Source: a virus (taxonomy: Duplodnaviria > Caudoviricetes). From it: a DNA stretch of 31,286 bases. The translations under genes and the position numbers were made by a program. The notes beneath the pieces are model-generated. The model saw only the letters and a list, made by a program, of their open reading frames with translations. It was not told the origin of the DNA and did not search any database. Location: IMG/VR virus record IMGVR_UViG_3300033407_000086, positions 1-31,286 of that record; one strand, 5' to 3'. Below, piece after piece: positions 8,810-18,816 of this stretch (position 1 is the first letter of the stretch; every line of letters begins with the position of its first letter).

Positions 8810-10233
8810 CCATAGAGATCAACAATGTAAAATGCCATATACATTCAGGCGGTGCTGACAACCTCATAGGGGATATGATCGAAGAAGTACGTGAATATCT
8901 GTCAGTGCCGAAGCAGGGTTCTTTTTTCGCTCAGAAAAACGCAAAATACAAAGTAAGTAACCGAGTGTACTTCTGCACACCGACTGGTAAGTTCCCAACT
9001 GGTTTTTTGCCTTATGTATACCAGTACTTAAAGACCTTTGAGGGACTTAAAATAAACCTGGTGGACAACCGGGATTTTTTGTTACCGTTCAGTAATGATC
9101 TTGATATGGACGTTGTTCATTTTGAATTGATGGATCACCAGAAAGACAGTGTCCGGCAATGCAACAGGATGGTGAACAATATGTACTGGCCCCGTGGTAT
9201 AATTGACGCGGCCACAAACGCAGGTAAGAACAGTGTAATCGCTGGTATAGCTCAGAACATTATCGGGAACGACGCTACGCTGATGGTGCTTCACAATAAA
9301 GATATAAAAGACCAAGCTATTGAATTTTTCGGGGAGATATTCGATGTTGGGGTGTTCCATAAAAACAAACGTGAAATAAATAAACCTTTTGTTATAGCTA
9401 TGGCAAAGACTTTGTACAACGCTGCCAACAAATCGGTAAACATCAAAAGGTGGCTGTCAACAAGAAAAGTGCTGTTCGTTGATGAGTCGCATGTATCAGC
9501 TGGTCATCAGTATTCAAGGCTTCTAATCTGGGTCAACGCAGGGCATAGGTACCTGGTGTCCGGGACACCGCTGGATATGAATGACCCTAAAAAGAAAATG
9601 ATGATGATCGGCAATTCGGGAGATATAATCTACAAGATAAGTAATATGGAGCTTATAGATAAAGGCGTGTCCAACAATGTCGAAGTTCATATGTACCCAT
9701 GCATTTATGACCCTTATTTATTTGATGTTTATGAGGATGCTTATAACGCTCTTAAGACATCAATGAACAGGGTCTATATTATAAAGAAGTACCTTATGGA
9801 AAACCCGGACAGGCAGGTGCTTATAAACGTTAAGAACTATGACCACGGTGAGTTCATATATAACCAGATAAGCAGCATGTGCAACTGCCGTCTGTTGTTC
9901 GGCAAAAGCGCCGAACGGTCTAAACTGATCGAAGAGTTTAAAGAATATAAATACAGGGTGGTGATAACCACCATCCTTAAAGAAGGCATAAACGCTGGCA
10001 TTGATACACTGATATATGCATGCGGTGGTAAAGAGACCATACGGCTGAAACAGTACATAGGCAGGGTGCTTCGGAAAAAAGGCAAATACGATACATCTCA
10101 TGTAATTGATTTCTTTGACAGGAACAACTATTGTGACAAGCATTCACGTGCTCGGATACGTATATATAAGAAGGAGGGTTTCCCACTGGGATACCATTAT
10201 AAACCCAATAGGTTCGGGTCAATCATTTTATAA
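8806..10233 (+). CDS. Superfamily 2 DExH helicase (UvsW-like)
   Basis: 'AATNAGKN', 'VDESH', 'SGT', 'LKEGIN', 'QYIGRVLR'. Confidence 0.85.
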   Translation: MTIEINNVKCHIHSGGADNLIGDMIEEVREYLSVPKQGSFFAQKNAKYKVSNRVYFCTPTGKFPTGFLPYVYQYLKTFEGLKINLVDNRDFLLPFSNDLDMDVVHFELMDHQKDSVRQCNRMVNNMYWPRGIIDAATNAGKNSVIAGIAQNIIGNDATLMVLHNKDIKDQAIEFFGEIFDVGVFHKNKREINKPFVIAMAKTLYNAANKSVNIKRWLSTRKVLFVDESHVSAGHQYSRLLIWVNAGHRYLVSGTPLDMNDPKKKMMMIGNSGDIIYKISNMELIDKGVSNNVEVHMYPCIYDPYLFDVYEDAYNALKTSMNRVYIIKKYLMENPDRQVLINVKNYDHGEFIYNQISSMCNCRLLFGKSAERSKLIEEFKEYKYRVVITTILKEGINAGIDTLIYACGGKETIRLKQYIGRVLRKKGKYDTSHVIDFFDRNNYCDKHSRARIRIYKKEGFPLGYHYKPNRFGSIIL

Positions 10234-10250
10234 AAAATGTGGCAGATTAT

Positions 10251-10282
10251 TTTTTAGTTTAAAATAAAATTTTATAAATTTG
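10251..10282 (+). promoter_or_regulatory. Bacteroidota-type promoter for the polymerase operon
   Basis: TAAATTTG at 10275-10282 in an AT-rich intergenic gap; T-run at the -33 position. Confidence 0.6.
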
Positions 10283-10301
10283 CCGACGTTAAAACGCAGA
10301 C

Positions 10302-10733
10302 ATGAAACGACAATACAAAAGTATACCCACGGATGTTGACTTCTCTAAAATAGTAAAAGTCAATGACTTCACAATAGATGAAGACGACTGTTTTACAAAA
10401 ATGTACGACCCATCAACAAACGACTGTGCGTTGTGCGCCGACTGTGATTTATGTGCCATACTGTTTAATAAAACAGTAAGCGTAAGTCTTAAGAAAAAAT
10501 TCAATGATGAGTTTGGTCAAACAGCCGATACTTATGACTTTGAATCAGTCAATTCATCTAAGCTCGGTGAGAAGTTGTCAACCAACCCAGGCGTATATAC
10601 CAGAGCAGATATGTTCGATGTCGTTAAGAAACTGTCAAAGTGTGACTGTAATGATTTGGTAAACGACTGTGTAGAGTCCATACTTATGGAATATGGGCTT
10701 AAAGAACACAACGGCAAAATAGTACTGAAATGA
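10302..10733 (+). CDS. Hypothetical Cys-cluster protein
   Basis: 143 aa; 'DDCF...CALCADCDLC' possible metal site; ATGA-coupled to the polymerase. Confidence 0.7.
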   Translation: MKRQYKSIPTDVDFSKIVKVNDFTIDEDDCFTKMYDPSTNDCALCADCDLCAILFNKTVSVSLKKKFNDEFGQTADTYDFESVNSSKLGEKLSTNPGVYTRADMFDVVKKLSKCDCNDLVNDCVESILMEYGLKEHNGKIVLK

Positions 10734-13345
10734 TAGAGATCGGTAAATGCAATAAATCAATAATGTTCGTGTCTGACTACCCGGATGATATGGACTTTAC
10801 AACTGGTACTATAAACGTATACAGCACGTACAATACTTTGAACTCATTGGTCACAAAAGTGTTTACCGAATATTCATGGGATGATTTTTACCTTACTTTT
10901 ATATGTAGGTCACCTTTCCCAAGAAATACAAAGATAAACACCACATCGTTCAATCGGTTGGCGGTTGAGCATACCGATATGCTTATTGAGGATTTGGCTA
11001 TATATAAGCCTAAAGTTATAGTTGCTTTCGGAGCTCGTGCCGTTAAATACCTCATAGGTAAAACGTTAAAAGAATCAATCAATAAACTGAATAAAATAGA
11101 CCCTAAATTCGGCCATGAATGCTATGTCATTGCTACCGAATCGGTACGGTCTATGGATGATGACCTTGTGCAGGTTATTTTCAACGATATTCTTAAAGCG
11201 ATAGAACATGTGAGCACAGGTGATGACCCTTTTGAAAATGACGTGGTTGATTTTAAGTTGATAACAAACTTACAGGAATTTGAAGAATCCATAGATATGT
11301 GCGTCGAGGCTGGTGTGTTCTGCCATGACTATGAAACGGACGGCGGTGAGTATTTTGACCCAAGTTCAGTGGCAACAGTTTTGGGTTATTGCTTCCAACC
11401 AGGTTATGTTTACATACTGCCGTTAAATCATGAAAGCTCACCGTTCAACGACTATGATATTGCTTATTTATTTGGGATACTGAATGACCGTATATTTGGG
11501 AACATTGACGTGGTTAAGATCGCACACAATCTAAAGTATGAAATGCACTGGCACCGTAAATATGGTGTCACTGAGTTCCGTGGCATATTTGAAGATACTA
11601 TGCTAATGTCGCACTTATGCAACGAGAACGAACCGAACGGTCTTAAGGATATTGTGAAACAATTGTTTTCAAAGTACGATGGTTATGTACTTAAGCCTGG
11701 GAAGGACGAGACATGGGCCACATTGCCTATGGGCAGGCTGACAATTTACAATGCCATAGACTGCCATACTACAATGCTTGCTTATATCCATTATGAACAT
11801 AAGCTGCTGACCGACGACATTGATGAGTCCGGCAACAATAGGTTTATACAGTACGCTTATTATAGGAACCTTACCATGTTTGCTTTTAAGATGTTGCAGC
11901 GCATGGAATACCATGGCGCATATATAGACAGCGGCCATATAGAAAAGTCGATAGAAGTAGCAGAAAGACGCATACAAGAAAAATACAAGGACCTTATGGC
12001 AAACGGTACGGTCAATAGGTTCATAAAATACAAACGTGACGAGATTCTTCAGGCGACCATAGAAGAATATACTGAAAAAATGAACTCCCATGCAGCGAAC
12101 GGAAAAGATTACTTTGTGAACATGTACCGTACCAAGATACAAGATGTAAAAAACAACGGCATTGATTATGAGATAAATTTCAATTCACCCACACAGTTGT
12201 CCGATTTGTTGTTCATTAGCACTTATGGGTTCAATCTGCCAGTCAATCCAGCTACCAACAAACCAGAGACCAGTAAAGAATATTTGCACACATTAGATGA
12301 GCCTTTTGTTGAAGTGCTGCTTGCTTACCGCAGCATTGGAAAAATGGTGTCCACATATTATAAAGGCATATTGGACAAACTGGATAAGGACAGCAAACTC
12401 CATACAAGTTTTAACATGCATGGCACTGTTACTGGCAGGCTTTCATCGTCACGGCCAAATTTACAGAATATACCTACAAGGACAAAGCATGGTGACCCTG
12501 ATGTCATTTGGGCGATTAAAGAAGTTAAGAAATTTTTTGTTATACCAGAAGGTTATGTGGGTTTGCAATTTGACTTTTCACAAGCTGAATTACGGCTGAT
12601 CGCAAATTTTTCAGGTGATGAAGTAATGCAAGAAGTATATAACCAAGGCAAAGACATTCATGCAATGACCGGGGCGCAGATTGCCGGCATGGGTTATGAA
12701 GAATTTTTAACGTCATCCAACTATGCTGAAGTGAGGAACGATGCCAAGTCTGCAAATTTCGGTCTGGTATATGACATATCTCTTGACGGTTATATAAATT
12801 ACATAAAAGCGGCCACTGGTAAGACCATAACGATGGAAACGGCCAAAAAGCATTATGAAAGTTTGTTCACTACTTACCCAAGGCTTAGTGAATGGCATGT
12901 GAATTACAAATTCAAAGCAATGAAATATGGTTATGTTAGGACTTTGTTTGGACGTAAACGGAGGCTTGGAGATGTGTACTCATCGGTTTCTAAGTATCAG
13001 TCCAAAGCGTTGAGGAATTCCATCAACGCCCCTATCCAGGGCAGCGGCGGCGAATGGACTATTTTCGTGATGGCACTGCTTGACTGTGTGCTGCCACAAT
13101 CGGTTCTTTTCTTCAATACTGTTCACGATTCATTCTTTGCATATTGCCCTCCAGAGCTTGTGGCACATACATGTAAACTTGTTGACAAGTACGCAAGCAA
13201 GCCTCCGGTAGTCCGTTATTTCAAATGCGATGAAAGAAAACTCATTGTCCCAATGAAATTAGACCTTGAAACATCAACCAGATCATGGGGCGATATGGAA
13301 AAAGCAAACATAGACGGTATCATCGAGCAGGGAGTTTATAACTGA
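10730..13345 (+). CDS. polA: Family A DNA polymerase with N-terminal UDG-like domain and 3'-5' exonuclease
   Basis: Exo 'HDYET', 'HNLKYE', 'YNAID'; 'TVTGRLSSSRPNLQNIP'; motif A 'DFSQAELR'; motif B 'RNDAKSANFGLVY'; motif C 'VHDS'; N-terminal 'KPKVIVAFGARA'. Confidence 0.93.
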   Translation: MIEIGKCNKSIMFVSDYPDDMDFTTGTINVYSTYNTLNSLVTKVFTEYSWDDFYLTFICRSPFPRNTKINTTSFNRLAVEHTDMLIEDLAIYKPKVIVAFGARAVKYLIGKTLKESINKLNKIDPKFGHECYVIATESVRSMDDDLVQVIFNDILKAIEHVSTGDDPFENDVVDFKLITNLQEFEESIDMCVEAGVFCHDYETDGGEYFDPSSVATVLGYCFQPGYVYILPLNHESSPFNDYDIAYLFGILNDRIFGNIDVVKIAHNLKYEMHWHRKYGVTEFRGIFEDTMLMSHLCNENEPNGLKDIVKQLFSKYDGYVLKPGKDETWATLPMGRLTIYNAIDCHTTMLAYIHYEHKLLTDDIDESGNNRFIQYAYYRNLTMFAFKMLQRMEYHGAYIDSGHIEKSIEVAERRIQEKYKDLMANGTVNRFIKYKRDEILQATIEEYTEKMNSHAANGKDYFVNMYRTKIQDVKNNGIDYEINFNSPTQLSDLLFISTYGFNLPVNPATNKPETSKEYLHTLDEPFVEVLLAYRSIGKMVSTYYKGILDKLDKDSKLHTSFNMHGTVTGRLSSSRPNLQNIPTRTKHGDPDVIWAIKEVKKFFVIPEGYVGLQFDFSQAELRLIANFSGDEVMQEVYNQGKDIHAMTGAQIAGMGYEEFLTSSNYAEVRNDAKSANFGLVYDISLDGYINYIKAATGKTITMETAKKHYESLFTTYPRLSEWHVNYKFKAMKYGYVRTLFGRKRRLGDVYSSVSKYQSKALRNSINAPIQGSGGEWTIFVMALLDCVLPQSVLFFNTVHDSFFAYCPPELVAHTCKLVDKYASKPPVVRYFKCDERKLIVPMKLDLETSTRSWGDMEKANIDGIIEQGVYN

Positions 13346-13386
13346 TCGGTGGCCGTTGATTATATCACTTTTAAATTCATTTAATT

Positions 13387-14223
13387 ATGGGAAAGATTGC
13401 AAAAGTCAAGATCAATATTGACGCGTTGAAAGAAGCCCAGGAAAACATGAAGTCCGGCAGTGATGGCTTGTTTGTCGGCCAATCTGAACTGAAGCCTAAC
13501 CTTTATATTAGGCTTATGCCAAGCCAACCCAATATCTCAAGCCTTGGGTTCTTTGAGGAAGATGGTTTCTGGATAAAGGGCAAACGTTATGTAAGCCCTG
13601 AAACGTTCGGCAAGCCATGCCCAATCTCAGAAGAAGTAGAGGAAGCATTGGCATCTGGGGACCCAGTGCTTCAAGCATTGTTGAATCACAAAGATTTTAA
13701 AAGGAAGAAACAAGTAAGTTTCCCAATCTGTATCCTGAACGCCAAGAACGAAAAGACGTACCAGTTTGACGGTGTACGCGACAACATGGTAAAGATATTG
13801 CAGACAGGCCCACAACTTGGCTCTGCAATAATCAAATTATTGGTCAATGCACCAGGGTGTGAGCCTGAAGAATTGTTGGAACAAGAAGGTTATATCATCC
13901 AGTGCACGAAGACTGGTGAAAAGATTGACACCGAGTATAGCGCACAAGTAATTGTCCGTAAGTTCAACGTACCAGACGAGCTTTATGATTACGACAAGAT
14001 ACCTGATATTCTGGAACTGTGCCGTAAGAAATTAAAGTCAGACGACTATCTCCGTGGTGTTGTTAGGAACTATCTTTACGGCGAACCGATGCCAGTTGAA
14101 GAATCCAACAATGATATAGGTTCTGCACCTGATGCCATTCAACGGGAATCAGTTAAAGCGGAACCTAAAGGCGGACAAACTAAACCGAGGAGGTCGCTGA
14201 TGGAAGATTTAATGGGTTCATAA
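13387..14223 (+). CDS. Single-stranded DNA-binding protein (gp32-like)
   Basis: Directly after the polymerase; 'IRLMP', 'PCPI', 'KTGEKIDTEYS', flexible C-terminal tail. Confidence 0.65.
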   Translation: MGKIAKVKINIDALKEAQENMKSGSDGLFVGQSELKPNLYIRLMPSQPNISSLGFFEEDGFWIKGKRYVSPETFGKPCPISEEVEEALASGDPVLQALLNHKDFKRKKQVSFPICILNAKNEKTYQFDGVRDNMVKILQTGPQLGSAIIKLLVNAPGCEPEELLEQEGYIIQCTKTGEKIDTEYSAQVIVRKFNVPDELYDYDKIPDILELCRKKLKSDDYLRGVVRNYLYGEPMPVEESNNDIGSAPDAIQRESVKAEPKGGQTKPRRSLMEDLMGS

Positions 14224-14232
14224 TAATTGACC

Positions 14233-14262
14233 GTGGCGGTTTGCAGCAATGCAGGCCGCCAC
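14233..14262 (+). terminator. Strong stem-loop after SSB (attenuator or stability hairpin)
   Basis: GTGGCGGTTTGCA-GCAA-TGCAGGCCGCCAC, 13 bp with GNRA loop, no U-tract. Confidence 0.5.
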
Positions 14263-14277
14263 TAAACCAACAACAGC

Positions 14278-14898
14278 ATGAAGACAAGTGACTTATTCGT
14301 ACGTGGCCGGCTGATACCAGATTCTTCTTTGATCGTTTTCGGTGACGACCTTGAACGGGTTAACGCTGAAAGATTATTGCGAACCAACGGTTTTTCATTT
14401 AGGTCTGAAAAAACAAAAGTCGCAATAATAAACGACTTTGTAAAATTGCATAAATATATCAAAAAGTTCTTTAACAAAGAACTGGTGTTCGGCATTTCGG
14501 TATCCAGTGAAAAAAGGAGTTTAAGACAGTTGAGGTTCTATTTCGGGGTTATCGTTCATACCATAATATCTTTTTATAAAGAGCACGGTGAAGACTACAC
14601 AAAAGAGCAAGTGCATCTGGACAACCTAATGAATATATGGGGATGGAAACCAGTTGAAGAATCGGTAAATGGGCGCCTTATCATAAGGCTTGACACTATG
14701 CCGTCAACCGGGGCGATGTCCAAGGAAACATTTTCACAATTTTTAAAAGCCATTGAAAAAGAATACGCATATAAAGGTCTTGATTGGTCATCCGTACTGG
14801 ACGATAAAGACGGAAACCAAGTCAGGGAAGGCACAGGCATACCTTATGTTGATTCTGGTGATGGCACATTAAACCAGTACTATGAACGGTTTAAATGA
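14278..14898 (+). CDS. NinB/Orf-like recombination mediator
   Basis: 'KRSLRQLRFYFGVI' and 'STGAMSKETFSQFLKAI' resemble the two conserved NinB-family blocks. Confidence 0.5.
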   Translation: MKTSDLFVRGRLIPDSSLIVFGDDLERVNAERLLRTNGFSFRSEKTKVAIINDFVKLHKYIKKFFNKELVFGISVSSEKRSLRQLRFYFGVIVHTIISFYKEHGEDYTKEQVHLDNLMNIWGWKPVEESVNGRLIIRLDTMPSTGAMSKETFSQFLKAIEKEYAYKGLDWSSVLDDKDGNQVREGTGIPYVDSGDGTLNQYYERFK

Positions 14899-15397
14899 AT
14901 TCCCACGGAAAATACCAAATAACATAAAGTCTTATTTGGTGGCAGATGATACGTGCATCCATGTCATTAGCACTCATTACATGACAGACGGCAAACGTAA
15001 TGTGCTTTATGTATTAGAGGATGCTTATCATGATTATTCTATAAAGCATTTATATTTCAATGATTTCTGCAACGAATACGCTATGGTAATACCGAATGAT
15101 ATAATCCTAAAAGAACAGACTTTGCTTGAACATGCTTATGATATACTCCATAAAAGGTCTGAGGAAAAAGAAAGGCAGTATGGTCCTATGACCGAAGGTA
15201 TGGAGAAAGCAGCCAAAATAGCGGCGTTGTTGAGTGGTAAAGAATTTGATGCAAGAATGATGTATATCGCTATGGTCTCTTTGAAATTATCTCGTGAATC
15301 GTATAGCAAAAAATATGATAACATATTGGACACCATTGTGTACATGGCCGCTATGGTTGATGCAGACATTGAGTCCTATACCAAAAGTAAAAAATAA
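14882..15397 (+). CDS. DUF6378-like helical protein (nucleotide-metabolism-associated)
   Basis: C-terminal 'TLLEHAYDILHKRSEEKERQYGP...MVSLKLSRE...DNILDTIVY'. Confidence 0.6.
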   Translation: MNGLNEFPRKIPNNIKSYLVADDTCIHVISTHYMTDGKRNVLYVLEDAYHDYSIKHLYFNDFCNEYAMVIPNDIILKEQTLLEHAYDILHKRSEEKERQYGPMTEGMEKAAKIAALLSGKEFDARMMYIAMVSLKLSRESYSKKYDNILDTIVYMAAMVDADIESYTKSKK

Positions 15398-16590
15398 TGA
15401 GCACAACTTGGGGAACGATCATACCGCTGATCGGTGGGATGGCCATAGGCAACAAAGCAGCATTTGGTTCAGATGCTAAGTGGGCGGTCGGGTACAATGG
15501 TTTTGAACGCAACAATGAGCACTTTAGGGCATACTTTAAAGATGTACCGTTCCATGATTTTGTTGACGACGGCAATATAACGGACTTAAGCCATTTGGAG
15601 CCCGTGGATGTGGTCAGTACCGTATGCCCGTGTGCAGGGTTGTCAATGCTTAACCGAGCCAACAACAAAGACAGTGACCGTTCACGTGGTTGCAACGCTT
15701 TGCAGAACGGTTACATGTACTTGACCGCTGAAGCTGTATTGCAGCATTTAACGCCAAGAGTTTTCTTTGGTGAAAACGCACCAGGTCTTTTCACAAATGC
15801 TGGGTATGATGTAAGAGTCAACCTGTACGAAATAGCCAAAAAGTACGGTTATAGTTTAAGCTTTGTAAAAACCAATACAATGCTTCATGGGATACCGCAG
15901 CACCGCATGCGCACTTTCTATTTTTTCTGGGATTCTGACACAGCGCCGATAATGAACTATTACCGTGAAAAGTCACCCAGGCTGGTTGATTATCTGGCAG
16001 AAGTACCAAGCGATGCCTCATGTCAGTACCACATGACTCCAAACCTTAGCGACCATATAACTTTTCGTTACATAAAAATGAAAGAGGGCAACAATTGGCG
16101 GAAAGCGCTGCTGAACAACGGCAGAAGTGTGTGGGGTTATATAGAAGCACATAACTTATTTGAGGACTTTATAAAATTCTGCACCAAAGATGGTAGTAAG
16201 CAAGCACTCAAATATATCAAAAGGGCTGTGTACATTGCCGATAAGATAAAGATAGACCCTGTGACTGGCAGGTCAAAAGGCGGCTACTGGGACGACAGCA
16301 TCATTTATTATGGTGAAGAGGAAATAAACGGTGTAATAGTAAAGAATGTGACTTATGGGATGCACCCAACCGAAGAAAGGTCGTTCACCATACGTGAGCT
16401 CTTATGGATGATGGGGCACCCACATGATTTTGAAATGAAGAATAAACACATTGGGACCATATTCCAGAATGTGCCTTCATGCACCGCTGAATCATGGTCA
16501 CGTGAGGTTGTCAAATACCTAAATGACGAACTGCCATTTTCTAAAAACGATTATCTTAAACAAGATAATATAAAAAGAAGGATAGTATGA
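15397..16590 (+). CDS. C5 cytosine DNA methyltransferase-like protein with atypical motif I
   Basis: Catalytic 'CPCAGLS', motif VI 'GENAPGL', motif VIII 'HGIPQHRMRTF', motif IX 'RSFTIRE', motif X 'QNVP'; motif I is 'IPLIGG'. Confidence 0.8.
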   Translation: MSTTWGTIIPLIGGMAIGNKAAFGSDAKWAVGYNGFERNNEHFRAYFKDVPFHDFVDDGNITDLSHLEPVDVVSTVCPCAGLSMLNRANNKDSDRSRGCNALQNGYMYLTAEAVLQHLTPRVFFGENAPGLFTNAGYDVRVNLYEIAKKYGYSLSFVKTNTMLHGIPQHRMRTFYFFWDSDTAPIMNYYREKSPRLVDYLAEVPSDASCQYHMTPNLSDHITFRYIKMKEGNNWRKALLNNGRSVWGYIEAHNLFEDFIKFCTKDGSKQALKYIKRAVYIADKIKIDPVTGRSKGGYWDDSIIYYGEEEINGVIVKNVTYGMHPTEERSFTIRELLWMMGHPHDFEMKNKHIGTIFQNVPSCTAESWSREVVKYLNDELPFSKNDYLKQDNIKRRIV

Positions 16591-17861
16591 ACGTAGTCAT
16601 TGGAAAAATAGGGAAGTCGTTGCTGTTCGACCCTAAGTCATGGGGTTTGGTCGGCGGTGATTCAGCACCCGCTATACTTTATACAAACTTGGCCAACATG
16701 AACCCGCAAGATAATTTTTACATTATCGGCAAATCTGATTTTGACAGGTTGACCGACAGTTATAAAGAACGTCTTTTCCCAAACGGTAATGTGCATTATT
16801 GTATGCCTAATGACGATGAGTACAAAGACCCGGATTTCAGCTATATGCATGCGGTTGACTGGTTGGACGAGAACGAGGTTGACATTGATACAGGCATTGT
16901 CTTTAATGGCATGGTTGGCGGGACAAACATACCCAATAAAATAGTTAAGCAGAAAGACCCATCTGTTTTTACCAAACCTTACTTTATGATGCGGGCTTAT
17001 TCTGCCAACGTCATACATACGTTGAATGATCTTGATGTACCTTATGCATTAATATCGGAAGACCCACGTTACATTGATGTCAATGGCCGTGACTTGTTCA
17101 ACAGACCTAAGATAATACTTTCACAATGCAACGGTTCATCAACTAAGCATCATATACTTTCTTATGAACGTCAACTTGAAACCGACGTTCATGAAGTACC
17201 AGTGGTCTATGCTGAAACAGAAAAGATATTTTTGATGGGTGAAAACCCTATTGATGTGGCCGAGATAGAAAAGAAGTACGCAGTCAACGCTTTTATGAAC
17301 GGTCACGGCATGTCAAAAGGCGAGTCCAGGTATGATTTTGTAAAAGAGTATGTACTGGATTCTTTTGAGTATGCTAAGGTTTACGGCAATTGGCCGAAAG
17401 AATTATATGAGACAGGTAGGTTCGTAAAAAAGCGGATGGGCGATGCTATGGACATTGTGATGGGGACCAAGTACACACCGGTCGTTTCCATCAAGCCAGG
17501 GTTCGTTACTTGCAAACCTTTCGAGATGCTGAACTGGGGCATACTGCCTTTCATGCATGATTCTTACGATTCTAAAGACTTGGTGGGGTTCGACCCGTAT
17601 CTTATCATAAGTTCAGCCGACGAGTTCAAAGAAAAAGTCAACATGTTGGAATCCCGTCCAAACATTAGGATTGATTTCCTTAAAGCGATTTATGACCAGT
17701 ACATGACCGATGAATATTTCAACGGGACCAGACTGAACAACAAGTACATGAGTATACTTTACGAACTGGTTGGTCAGGCTTATCAGCCAGTCCAGCAAAA
17801 CGAATTTATAAAAATATCAAACTTTCAATCCAATGAACGCTTCCAAAACAATAGTAAGTGA
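16587..17861 (+). CDS. Putative GT-B glycosyltransferase (DNA-modifying candidate)
   Basis: 424 aa; N-terminal 'GLVGGD' loop, 'EDPR', C-terminal 'KVYGNW' and 'TCKPFEMLNWGILPF' typical of GT-B nucleotide-sugar binding; operon context. Confidence 0.55.
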   Translation: MNVVIGKIGKSLLFDPKSWGLVGGDSAPAILYTNLANMNPQDNFYIIGKSDFDRLTDSYKERLFPNGNVHYCMPNDDEYKDPDFSYMHAVDWLDENEVDIDTGIVFNGMVGGTNIPNKIVKQKDPSVFTKPYFMMRAYSANVIHTLNDLDVPYALISEDPRYIDVNGRDLFNRPKIILSQCNGSSTKHHILSYERQLETDVHEVPVVYAETEKIFLMGENPIDVAEIEKKYAVNAFMNGHGMSKGESRYDFVKEYVLDSFEYAKVYGNWPKELYETGRFVKKRMGDAMDIVMGTKYTPVVSIKPGFVTCKPFEMLNWGILPFMHDSYDSKDLVGFDPYLIISSADEFKEKVNMLESRPNIRIDFLKAIYDQYMTDEYFNGTRLNNKYMSILYELVGQAYQPVQQNEFIKISNFQSNERFQNNSK

Positions 17862-18816
17862 CGTTGACGGTATATTGACGGACGGTAAGTTTGCATATAC
17901 CACTACGGGTAAAATCCTTAAGATGTTCGGTGCACATGACAGTGACGGCATTAAGCTTCTTAAATCAATCGGGTACGATATAAAGTTCATTACGGCTGAC
18001 CATCGTGGGTACCCTATATCGGTCAAGAGGCTGGAGCATTTAGGTTGTACATTGGAACTTGTGGAAGACGGCAAACGGCTGGAGTACATTAAAGAAAATT
18101 ACGGTAAAGACATTATATACTTAGGAGACGGTTACTATGATGCGGCCATACTGGAGTATGTTGATGTTGGGGTAACTTTGTTGAACGGGTTGCCTATATG
18201 CAAAAGCAACGCTGATGTGGTTTTGCAGACGACCGGGGGAAACGGTGCATTTATGTATTTGTACGATTATCTTACCAGCAAAGCTCATACGAACATTAAG
18301 CGTGTTATAAGTGAAATAAACAAGTGTGTTGGTCATTTTGATACGATCAACGGCCATACGTTGCCGCATTTCCTGGAAGTTATCGAACGTGCTCATAACA
18401 TCTTTCTGATAGGTGCAGGCCGCATGGGTTACGCTTGCCGTGGTTTTGCCATGCGGTTGTCGCATCTTGGTTATAAGTCGTTCTTTATAAGCGATTCAAA
18501 CACACCACGGGTAACACCTAACGACTTGGTTATTTTCGGCACGTCGTCTGGCAATACTCCCAGTATTAGAATGATGCTTGATATTGCCGTATCAGCCGAA
18601 GCAATGACAGCTTGTATAACGGCCAACTCAAATGGTTATGTAAGTAGGCATGCGGGCATCACATTGTACATGGGGGAGATACAGACAGGACAGTTCATGA
18701 AGACGGTCTATGAACAAAGCATTCAGGTAGTGTTCGATTATATAGCTTCGTTATTGATAGAAGAACGTGGCCTTGATACGGGCATTCTTGGACTTAACCA
18801 TTCAATATTTGAATAA
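17833..18816 (+). CDS. Fusion: KdsC-like HAD phosphatase + SIS sugar-phosphate isomerase (HxlB/PHI-like)
   Basis: 'SDVDGILTDG', 'YLGDGYYD', 'GGNGA'; then 'IFLIGAGRMGYACRGFAMRLSHLG', 'TSSGNT', 'NHSIFE'. Confidence 0.85.
   Translation: MNASKTIVSDVDGILTDGKFAYTTTGKILKMFGAHDSDGIKLLKSIGYDIKFITADHRGYPISVKRLEHLGCTLELVEDGKRLEYIKENYGKDIIYLGDGYYDAAILEYVDVGVTLLNGLPICKSNADVVLQTTGGNGAFMYLYDYLTSKAHTNIKRVISEINKCVGHFDTINGHTLPHFLEVIERAHNIFLIGAGRMGYACRGFAMRLSHLGYKSFFISDSNTPRVTPNDLVIFGTSSGNTPSIRMMLDIAVSAEAMTACITANSNGYVSRHAGITLYMGEIQTGQFMKTVYEQSIQVVFDYIASLLIEERGLDTGILGLNHSIFE

Noticed and set aside
4402-13345. Inteins or introns in helicases and polymerase
   Set aside because: Lengths are normal, motifs contiguous, no splice-junction or homing endonuclease motifs seen
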